Of a stretch of 64,000 nt of DNA, positions 52,326 to 64,000 are shown piece after piece (the first letter of the stretch is position 1; each line of letters begins with the position of its first letter). The position numbers were made by a program, and so were the translations under genes. Source of the DNA: Octopus vulgaris (lineage: Eukaryota); assembly GCA_951406725.2 (NCBI GenBank), contig OX597816.1, forward strand, positions 157,480,001 to 157,544,000. Reading direction: 5' to 3'. The notes under the pieces are model-generated. The model had not been told where the DNA came from. It worked only from the letters and a program-made list of their open reading frames with translations, and did not search any database.

Positions 52326-53501
52326 TTTCGAAACTGTGTTGTGAAGTTTACAAGTATTAATAATGCTGAGAATAAAAAAAATACCAGTGAGAAGACTTAT
52401 GTATACGAGATATTTTATGAATGGTATAACGGAAAGAATAACGTGTAAACACAAAAAATATTACACACACATCAACAGAAATATTATATCTTGATAGTGA
52501 TGTGGGAATGGATAATTTGTATGAATTAAATTCTCTGTAAATATAGTTCAGAATAACACCCTATAGGATTGTATATGTTTGTAAGCATGTGAAAATGTGG
52601 GTGAATGAATGTGTGCACATACGCACGCCTGTGGTTGCATGGTGGCATTCACTACGTCCCGCATTCGATATCACCGTATCTTGGACGTATTTTACTGTGG
52701 TTGAGCCAAGACTTCAAGAGCCATATTGAGTGGCTGAAAAATATGTGAAGACATGTCGGGTGGATTTTATCGTTATTTTGAGTTTGAACCTTGTCACAAA
52801 CTATCACACAAAATCTATCTGAAGGTCATATTATGGATACATCTGTCTGCGGAATATTCAACCAATTCAACGAGCAGGTAGTTAAGTTGAAGTAGTACCT
52901 CAGTACTCATCGGTGAAACCGACCGAGATCCATAATGTGTTGCTTCACAGGTTTATTTTCTATTTAATAACCATTGACGACAAAGGCTGACTAATAATGA
53001 ATTTGAAAACATTTAGGTAGGGTGAATTGACCTCATTTTACAAATGGAGCTGATACAAATATTAAACTTCAAAGACATATATAAAATTCAAATTTGACCT
53101 GCTGAAAATATGTCTTGCTGGAAAGTCATGTCTTATTCCAAGAAAGTCATCTATGTAAGTTGCATATTGGGTGCGTATTTTTGACAAAGAAAAGTTTAGA
53201 GTCCTATAGAAATTATCCCTCATGCATGACTAGCATGTTAGCCATTACAAAGTGTACCAATAGATAAGCGTAAAGAAGCTTTCAAGTCAAATACAAGATA
53301 TGCTATTTTTGAATATCAAGTTATAGGTGTTGATTGTTATATATGAAAATATTCACAATGGCTAAAGTTTTCATTCACACCCAAAAATGACGAACGAAGA
53401 CGTATATGAACATAAATAATATCTACTTATCCTTCAGGCTGGTTTGTCTGTTTGCCTACCTGTCTGTCTATATGTGTGTGTGTGTGTGTCTCTGTCTGTG
53501 T

Positions 53502-53551
<50 letters not shown>

Positions 53552-54604
53552 GTGTGTTAGTCGTTGTTTCTTGCGTATTTTTATACTTATTAATATATTC
53601 AGGTTTATGTGCATGTGCTTCTATGTAGCAGTAGATGTAGTTGTTTATACGGAAATACATTGAGTTAGATTGTATTTCGAGGTGTGGTCAGAAACCGTGG
53701 TTGAAATTTAAGGTTTCTGTGGTTTTGATGTGAGTGTCAGTTCCCCATTTTATTTATATTAAAGTTTATATATAATTTTATATACATTTTAAAGGTATAT
53801 AAATGTCACAATACATTTCTAGAATTTATGACCATATACATGACATCCTTTGTATCTTTATATACTTATTTATTTACATCTTTACTCTTTTCTTACATTT
53901 TGCACTTACTATCATCCTATATAATCATGTTTAAATTTATACATATCCTTTTTCCTCTTTATGATCCCAACTTCATTAAAGATTCACCCCCTTCCACCTC
54001 TTTCTCTCAACATCCAAACTCCTCATTCTTTATCGAGTGAAAAACGGTATGGACGTTTTGTTTCAGTGTCTCGCTATGCCATATACGACTATGAGGATTT
54101 ACCTTCCCAATGAAACTTTTTCTCAAACCTGCTATAATGTAATATATGTCTTTGATGTGTTAATCGAACGCTGCTGAAGAAGGCTGTTGACCTACATGTT
54201 ATATCAATTATGCACTGATATGAATTGAGCAATAAAGCCAGAAACATATGTACCGCAATATCCTTTGCATCCTGTTTTTCTTTTGATAAATATATCCTAT
54301 CACCTACACCACTAGCTGGCATATACAGGTGCTTAGAGTTACGAAGGATTCACCCTGAATTTTATATATATATATATAATTTCGGCTGGTTATACTCAAA
54401 ATTGCAAAGATAATCTGGAAACCGACTGAGGATAGAAAACTCCGAATGATCCGTCCTTGTTTTCCTCGTATCATCTGTCTGGATATTTTGTTGTCCCTTT
54501 TTTGTTTCACCTAACTGTCTGGATGTTTAGCGTTCTTATCCCATTTTTGTATTTTTTATATATAAAATATAGCAGCGTACGTACACTTTGGTCTCTTATA
54601 TATA

Positions 54605-55136
54605 TCTATATATATAAAACTGTAGTTGTGTGAGTGTCTGTCCCCTTCGATTTAGATTCCTAACTACTCCCACATTTTGCGGTGCAGTTTAACCGAATTA
54701 GGGTATCTTATAGTCGTGATTCATATCGAGCCCGTCTGGGTATTAGCGCGCGTCTACGATGAGTCTACGATTTTAAAAATAATTTAACATCATTTTTTAT
54801 TCCATTTTAATGCATATTTTTTCGTGTGTCGATGGCGGCGGAGTTGGCGTACATGCTCACATCTGCACCTGTGTTGCTTCTCCCCCTTCTTCCCTCCCTC
54901 GTGAAGCTGTGGGGAAGGGAGTGTAAGGAAATCAACGTCGTAAAGCGTTGTCAAGGAGACCAGCGTTCTTTTAGAACAACGACTGCATGGCTTGAAGACA
55001 CCCAGTCAACGATTTAAAACAAAAATTACCCCCATTTTTTATTCCATTTTTAATGCATTTTTTGCTATAACTCTCTAAAAATGCTTATATAGTTATTTCC
55101 CTTACAAACCCGAGCAACGCCGGGCGATACTGCTAG
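54605..55136 (+). mobile_element. Non-autonomous Helitron-like element
   Basis: a|TCTATATATATAAAACTG...cccgagcaacgccggg hairpin, then gatactgCTAG|t. Confidence 0.8.
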
Positions 55137-55162
55137 TATATATATATATATATATATATATA

Positions 55163-55360
55163 GTGTGTACCGTTGGCGATTTTTTTCCTCTGTCTTCCCT
55201 TCTCTGGATCTTTCCTTCTCCTATGTTTCCGACGAAGAGCTCCGCTCGAAACGTTAAACCCTCCTTCTTCCCTTCTTTCCTGAGCGTCCAATAATACTAT
55301 ATTTGTTCCACGTCCTTGCATTGTTGTCTTTTTTTGTGTTTTCTTGTTTGGATTAACTTT
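55163..55360 (+). repeat. 5' pseudo-LTR of the Penelope-like element, with hammerhead-like motif 55225-55259
   Basis: GUUU-CCGACGA-A GAGC ucc GCUC-GAAACGUU-AAAC; same ~200-bp unit repeated at 60407-61270. Confidence 0.8.
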
Positions 55361-55379
55361 ATATACCGCACGCTCACAC

Positions 55380-58333
55380 GGACCCCGCCCCTCTGAGTGC
55401 CTTGGATACCAATTCCTGGATTTTTACACTTATGGATTACTGTTACCATTCTTCCGGAGTACGCCACTGAAATCGTGATTGGAAATCAAAACACTTTGTC
55501 CGTGACTCTACAACAACTTTTTTTCCTCGAACTTTTTTCCTCGAACTTTTTCCTCGTACTTTTTCCTCGTCCTTTTTTACCTTTCTTCTTCTACCTCCAT
55601 TTTTCCACTTGTGTCGCCACCGCTTACACCTACACAAACATTCACCACTTCTCAACATGCCTGACTTGCACTCGTTCCTCCAACACCTTCAATCCCTTCC
55701 TGGCCGTTTTCTTGCTTTCCCCTCCCCCAATGCTTACAACCCGCAAAAAAACTTTCTCACTTACTTTTTAAAAAAACTCGCCAGTCTAGCCATCTCTCCT
55801 TTCTCAGCCGTTGCCTCCGCCATCACGTCACACCCCGTGGCTTCCTCTTGAAGTTCTACGCCACCCCCTATTCCTCCCCCTCATCGAACCCACCCTCGCC
55901 CGCACTTGCCGCCTCCTCATCCGTGCAACCATCCGTTCCACCCGCTCTCTCTTCCACTCCCTTGACCACCAACTTCCCCAGGCTTACCTCCTTCTCTCCT
56001 CCCTCTGCCTCCCACTCTTCACCCAACCTATTCTCCGCTTCATTCTTAATCTCAACCACCAACTTCACAATTTCCTCACACACAGAAAAAACAAAAAACT
56101 CCACCACCTCCTCAACCCTTCACCTCCTTCCCCTCTCATATCCCCTTCATCCTCCCCTTCAGCTCCCCCGACTCCCTCCTATCCCGTACCCACCACCCCT
56201 CCCCTCCTGCACCCTCCACGGACCCAAGCACACCCAACCCTGACATTCCCATGCCTACTCCATCTTGACCCAACCATCACAACTCTCCTCCCCACACCTC
56301 TGCACTCCCTCTTCCTGACCCCACTAATCCCACCACTCTGCTTCCTCGCACTGTTGTCACTATACCCCCCAATCTCCACCTCTCCACTGCTGAGCGCTCT
56401 CTCCTCAGTAAGGGACTCCGCTTCACGCCTCTCACGCTCCACTGTGACGAATTTGAGACTCGGACCGACGTCAACCAGTCCCTGCGCCGCCTCAAACTTT
56501 GCGCATTTTTCCACGCTTCCCCACAGCGTCACGACAATCAGGATTGCTTTTTGGAGCTGGGGCGCCGCCCATCCATCTAGACGCCGCCCCCAGGCCAATT
56601 CTGTAGCCTAGATTTGTTCGTGAGCGACTGCAATGCGTTGGTCAACCGGTTCAACTTTAAAAAAAGACCTCTCCGAGACAACCTCACTCGGGCTGAATTG
56701 ATTGCCCTTCGCAACCTCCGTCGCCGCAATGACATCGTCATCAAACCGGCAGACAAAGGCGGAACAGTGGTGGTGTGGCGCGCGGACCTATACAGGGAGG
56801 AAGCGCTCAGCCAGCTTCAAAATCCCCTCTTCTATCGCCTCCTCCCCCTCCGATCCCACCTCTTCCTACCAACAGCGAGTGTCCTCCACCATCCACGACC
56901 TCATCTCCTCTTCTGCTCTCCCCCCCCCCACCGCCACCAACTTCATCGTCCGCACACCCCGCACCTCCACCATCTATTTCCTTCCCAAAATTCATAAACC
57001 CAATAACCCTGGCCGCCCCATCGTTTCCGCCTGTAATTGCCCCACTGAACACGTTTCCTTATACCTGGACCGTATCCTGTCCCCCTTAGTCGCTGCCCTC
57101 CCATCCCACATACATGACACCAACCACGCCCTCCGTCTCTTCAATTCCTTTTCCTTCCCTTCCAGACCCTCACACCTCCTCTTCACCTTAGACATAAAAT
57201 CCTTTTACACGGTAATTCCCCACAACGACGGTCTCTTAACCCTCCAGTACTTCCTCGACCGTCGTCCCGACCCCACGCCCAGCAACCCCACCCTTCTCCG
57301 CCTGACAGAGCTCGTCCTCACCCTCAACTGTTTCACGTTCGCCGGGGAAACTTACCAACAGTTGGCTGGGGTCGCGATGGGAACGAGAATGGGCCCCAAT
57401 TTCGCCAATCTCTTTGTTGGCTACATTGAGGCCCAAGTATTCTCCCAATTCTCCGGGCCGACCCTAGAACTATACGGTCGCTACATAGACGACTGCATAG
57501 GCGCCACCTCCCTTTCCCGCGAACAACTCTGCCACTTCATCTCTTTCCTCTCTAACTTCCACCCCTCTCTCCAATTCACTTCCACCATCTCCAATACCTC
57601 TGTTAACTTCCTTGATATCTCTCTTAGCATCGACCACCCCTCCCAATCTCTCACCACCTCCGCCTTCTTCAAACCCACGGATTCCCACCTCTATCTCAAC
57701 TTCTCCTCCTCCCATCCCTTCCACACCAAACGGGCCATCCCCTACTCCCAGTTCCTCTACCTCCGACACTTGTGCAGCCGCGACCTGGATTTCGAGACCC
57801 AGTCTCAATACCTGGCCCGCCTGTTCAGACATCGAGGATACCCACCAACCCTGGTATTGAACGCCCTCGCCCGCGCTCGTCGCATCGACCGCACCACTGC
57901 CTTTCTCCTTCCTCTCAACAACCGCCCAACCGCACCTACTTTCCCCTCCTTTTCCACCCCTCTACTATACCCCCTTCGTCGGAAGACACTACGTGTCTTC
58001 CGTCGTCTCCAGCTCGATCCCACGATCCGCCCCATTTTCCCCAACCCACCCCTATCCTCCTTCAAACGAGCCCGGAATCTACGCGATCTCCTGGTCCGTA
58101 GCACCCTCTCTTCTTCCCCCTCAGCCCCACACGGATCCTTCCCGTACTCCAGATCCCGCTGCAACACCTGCCCCTTCATCACCAACACCACTGCTGTCAC
58201 CGGTTCCAACCAGCGAACTGTACGTATTGGACATCCTTTTACGTCTGATCTCATATATTGCATTAAATGCAACCTCATTTTCACTCTACAGACCTATACC
58301 CCGCACGGACTCACCACAGCCCCCTCCTCTTAG
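55380..58333 (+). mobile_element. Penelope-like retroelement RT ORF, frameshifted, GIY-YIG truncated
   Basis: IVIKPADKGG, YFLPKIHKPNNPGRPIVS, TLDIKSFYTVIP, GVAMGTRMGPNFANLF, YGRYIDD, FLDI, KPTD, RCNTC...LIYCIKC. Confidence 0.93.
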
Positions 58334-58439
58334 TGACTGCGCTCCACCTCTCGCAACAAGCAACTTTTTTTATTTTTTTACTTTATTAATTTTTATTTTA
58401 TTTTATTTCTTCCTCCCCCCCTTTTTTTAAATATTTGGC

Positions 58440-58897
58440 CTTATACAGACACACATACACACACACATCACGTATCCACGAACACACACATACAACATAC
58501 AGGCACATATACGCAACGCACACACTTATACACACATGGGCAGATACACACACACACATACACGCACGTAAGCGCACACACGCACACAAGCACACGCATG
58601 TACATTACGCCCACACAACTCCAAAAAACCCCCACGCACACACGCTTACATTCACACATACATACATGCACACACACATACATACATTCATACATACATA
58701 CATACACACACACACACATACACACATACACACATACATACATACATACATACATACATACACACATACATACATACACACATATACACACACACATGCA
58801 CACATACACACATACATACACTCACACACACACATACATACATACATACATACATACATACATACACACATACACACATACACACATACACACATGC

Positions 58898-58954
<57 letters not shown>

Positions 58955-59015
58955 TACATACATACATACATACACACACACATACACACACATACACACA
59001 CACACACACATACAT

Positions 59016-59046
<31 letters not shown>

Positions 59047-59157
59047 TACATACATACATACATACGTACACAGACACATACATACATACACACATACATA
59101 CATACACACACACACACACATACATACATACATACATACATACATACATACATACAT

Positions 59158-59196
<39 letters not shown>

Positions 59197-59242
59197 CATA
59201 CACACATACATACATACATACATACATACATACATACATACA

Positions 59243-59273
<31 letters not shown>

Positions 59274-59818
59274 GGGGTTGGCTGTATTGCAGGCGTGCGT
59301 CAATGTATGTATGTGTGTGCCTGTGGATTCACATACACCCACACCAATTTTTTCCATCAATCTTTCAATTATAAAATTTGTGCTTGCATACATATATATA
59401 CACACATATAAACCTCTACATTTGTACACACACGCACATGCATACATACATTCACTCGCACGCACGTACACACACACGCACACACACACACATTTACATA
59501 TATATACAAAACACACACACACGTACAACCACACGCAAATTCACATACACACCGATACATATACATACACACAATATATACCTACACGCGCACACACACA
59601 TACACATACGTACACACATATAGGCACAGACACACACACAGACATACGCACACAAAAACATGCGCACACATACACATGCACACACGCACACCAATGCTCA
59701 CACCCAAAACACAACCCCACGGTTACACGCATATACATCCATATACGCTTACACACACACACACATACAAACGCACACATACACGCACACACAACTACAC
59801 GCACACATAACTACACGC

Positions 59819-59849
<31 letters not shown>

Positions 59850-60209
59850 AATGAACCGACACATACATCCCATACACACGGCACACAATTATACATACAC
59901 GCACACAATTATACATACATATATATATACACACATACGCACGTACAAGCACACACGCACACATACACTAAGTAAAGCACAGTTATTCGCCACACACCCA
60001 AAATCTACGCATACACACACGAACACACACATACACACACACACACACTACAAACAAAACACACACACGATACATATACATACACGCACACACACACACA
60101 CACACACATACTTCAATGTCCTGACCTGTGGCCAGGACACAAAAAAACACCACTCCTTATTCTTACAAACTAGCCAGCTACTAGCCTGTTATTTACAGCC
60201 ACGACAATA

Positions 60210-60249
<40 letters not shown>

Positions 60250-60250
60250 T
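58440..60250. repeat. 1.8-kb compound (CA)n/(TACA)n low-complexity block
   Basis: Directly visible. Confidence 0.95.
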
Positions 60251-60406
60251 CATCATTGCACACATTTACGCACACGCGCACATGCAGACCTCCGCGCACG
60301 CACACATCCACACACATTCCCCTCCTACATTCCTTGTCTCTGACCATAACTCTTCTGTCTTTGAAAACATCTTTCTTCACCGTTTCTACTTCCGGTCTTT
60401 CAAAAT

Positions 60407-61351
<945 letters not shown>

Positions 61352-61352
61352 A

Positions 61353-61388
<36 letters not shown>

Positions 61389-61389
61389 T

Positions 61390-61620
61390 CTTCTTTTACT
61401 CTTTTACTCGTTCCAGTCATTTGACTGCGGCCATCATGCTGGATTACCGCTTTAAAGGGTTTCAGTATAATAAGTCATATGTTTTTGTAAGCCTAGTACT
61501 TATTCCATCGGTTTCCTTTGCCGAACTGTTATGTTACGAGGACATAAACACACCAGTATTTGTTGTCAAGTGATGGTATGAGGTAGCGAGACAAACACAC
61601 ACATACGCACTCAAATACAC
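61390..61620 (-). mobile_element. Diverged 3' half of the tRNA-derived SINE
   Basis: cttttactcttttactcgttccagtcatttgactgcggccat tail and partial body. Confidence 0.7.
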
Positions 61621-61633
61621 ACATATGAATATA

Positions 61634-63263
61634 CAGTAGCGGCCAAAATGTTCAGAACGACATTGTTTTCGTCAGAAAAGTAGGTATAAGTTTTTATCAA
61701 AGATGTTTTATATTCTATAATTTTCACAGACAATAAATACGATATTATTTGTTATTGCCTGAGATGTTGGTGTAATTTGAGAGGATAATACAAAAGTTAT
61801 GGATGATTTAGTGATTTACTTCAAAACCCATGGCGGCCAAAATGATCAGAGAGGTTGCTTTTACTCCGTGTTTTAGTATATTTAACCGGCGAACTCTAAT
61901 GTTTTGAATTTGTTTACCTGACGGTTCGTTTACTAAACATTAGTAAGAATATTTGCAGTGTACTTTGTTAATATAATGCCACTTACTCCGTTACCAATTC
62001 GTCAGCAGATTATTAAGCTTCGAAGGAAGGATAATTTAAGTATTGGATCTATTGCAAAGATTGTTAACAAGTCAAAAAGTGTTGTACACGGTATTCTTAA
62101 GGTCTACGATGATTGTGGTTCGTGTTAAGCAAGAAAGTTTACAGGTAGGCCAAGAAAACGACCAAGAGAGAAGATTGTGCTATGGTAAAGTTGGTTAAAA
62201 AGGACAGATTTAAAACTGCTGCTGCTGTTTCTCAGAAAATGAGCATTGTATTGAAGAAAACTTTATCTCGAAAAACTGTGTCTCGTCGTTTAGTTGAACA
62301 TGACCTACAAGCAAGAGCACCTGCAGTGAAGCCACTGATCAGCTCCAAGAATAAAAAGTGTCGTCTTACCTTTGCAACCGAACATGTGTTGTGGTCTCAA
62401 GAAAAATGGCAAACGGTGCATTTCAGTGATGAATCTAAGTTTATGTTACTTGGCTCAGGTGGGAAAAGGTACGTTCGTAGAAAAGTAGGTGAAAAATTGT
62501 CGCCTAAATGCCTTAAGACTAGTGTTAAATTCGGTGGAGGAAGTGTCATGGTTTGGGGGATGATATCTGGAAGATGGTGTGGGCCCTTTGGTGCGATTAC
62601 ATGGAAAGGTAAATGCAGGAGTTTATAAACAACTTGTAAAAGATCATGTCTTGCCTGTGCTGAGAAATTCAACTAAGCGACCACCCATATTCATGCAGGA
62701 CAATGCCCCATGTCACAAGGCTAAGGTGGTCATGAACTTCCTCAAGGCTGAAAAGGTTATTATTTTGGATTGGCCTGTTCAAAGCCCAGATCTCAATCCT
62801 ATTGAAAATGTATGGAATATGCTAGGAGAACGTTCGAAAGCCAGAAATCCTAAAACAACTGAGCAATTATGGAATGCCCTTCGGGAAGAATGGAATAAGA
62901 TCACCCAGCAAGAAATTGAAAATTTAATTTCCTCATGCAGTCGAAGATGTCAGAGTGTGATTGAAGCTAAAGGGCTTCACACTAAATATTAAATAATTCC
63001 AATATTCTCTGTCATTTTTGATTATTTTGTTGTTTTTTTCAACCGTTCTGATCATTTTGGTCACCATGGGTTTTGAAGTAAATCACTAAATCATCCTTAA
63101 CTTTTGTATTATCCTCTCAAATTACACCAAAATCTCAGGCAATAACAATTAATATTGTATTTATTGTCTGTAAAAGTTATAGAATATAAAACTACTTTAA
63201 TAAAAACTTAAACCTACTTTTCTGACGAAAACAATGCCGTTCTGGACATTTTGGCCGCAACTT
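61634..63263 (+). mobile_element. Complete Tc1 (DD34E) element with long IR/DR-type TIRs; transposase 61976-62992 disrupted
   Basis: About 225-bp imperfect TIRs starting ta|CAGT, each with two gcggccaaaatg(t/a)tcaga direct repeats; FSDES, MQDNAPCH, SPDLNPIE (34-residue spacing). Confidence 0.95.
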
Positions 63264-63367
63264 TATGTGAACACACACAAACGCACGCGCGCACACTCAC
63301 ACACACATACACACACAATTGAATAAAGTGGAGTCAACAAGGGGTAAAAGTGGACATTTATTTGTTA

Positions 63368-63469
63368 TCACTACAAGTGTTTCCACGCAACGTAGTTCTC
63401 TAGGCTTGCAGGTATTTGGTTATGTAACTTTTTTCCTGCATTATGGAATCTAGTTGTTTCCTCAGGCGA
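63368..63469 (-). ncRNA. Hammerhead-like motif with extended stem II
   Basis: UCGC-CUGAGGA-aacaacuag...cuacguugcgug-GAAACACUUGUA-GUGA: canonical core, stem I UCGC/GUGA, stem III ACA/UGU. Confidence 0.5.
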
Positions 63470-64000
63470 TATATAAATATTGTCCCTGTAAACTAAAATA
63501 CTCTGTACATTTAAGTTGAAAGTGAACATCGACCAGGTTGTGGTTTCTTGTTAAAACGTAAATGCTGCCAAGCGTTTTTTTATGACGCTCTAATGACTCA
63601 CCTCAATGCAGAAAAGATTAATCTTCTAGATATCCATACATCAGACGACTAAACAAATTCTAGTTCTTGGCTAAGGAAGTCTGAGAGACAAAGGCGCCTC
63701 CGGAAATATTTGATTTAAGACTATCCAGGAACGTAATTAAACACCACACGATATTTGATCTGGTGTTATAGCAGTTCTACTAGTTATCGTTCCTCACTAA
63801 TAAGAAATGCGGGTTTACTATTTAGGCCTGATACTTGCTATTTTGAAATTTATGCCTAGTCGATTACATCGATACCAGCACTTGTTAAGTTTATCTACTC
63901 ATTTTGCAATGTAATTTGTTCGATGCAAATGGTTTGTATCACAAAATCACGCATTTCCTGAAAATAGCAATCGAGTAAACCAATACCAGTGCCAGTGCTA

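Noticed and set aside
54420-54460. Possible hammerhead (CUGAGGA...CGAAUGAUCCGUC)
   Set aside because: The GAAA core and stems are not intact; insufficient support.

Overview
Eukaryotic, AT-rich, microsatellite-dense DNA. The repeat landscape (tRNA-derived SINEs, Dong/R4, Penelope, CR1-group, RTE) suggests an octopus/cephalopod genome; this is inference. One host gene can be built by hand on the minus strand from four phase-compatible GT-AG exons (23330-23252, 21229-21097, 4465-4308, 278-138). It encodes a signal peptide, a 6-Cys SRCR domain and the start of a MAM domain, and runs off the left edge. Almost everything else is transposon-derived: Penelope-like elements, an array of Dong/R4 elements in (AAT)n (one nearly intact), CR1-group and RTE LINEs, a Gypsy remnant, DD37D maT and DD34E Tc1 elements, a Merlin remnant, many non-autonomous Helitrons (including a head-to-tail array holding a gag/ORF1-like zinc-knuckle pseudogene) and several SINE families. 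The most striking unannotated signal is about 18 minimal hammerhead-ribozyme-like motifs from several unrelated repeat families. They sit in Penelope pseudo-LTRs, in a tandem retrozyme-like array, and inside a tRNA-headed SINE that occurs twice as a head-to-head fold-back. Repeat boundaries were read by eye and may be off by tens of bases. No database search or folding program was run.
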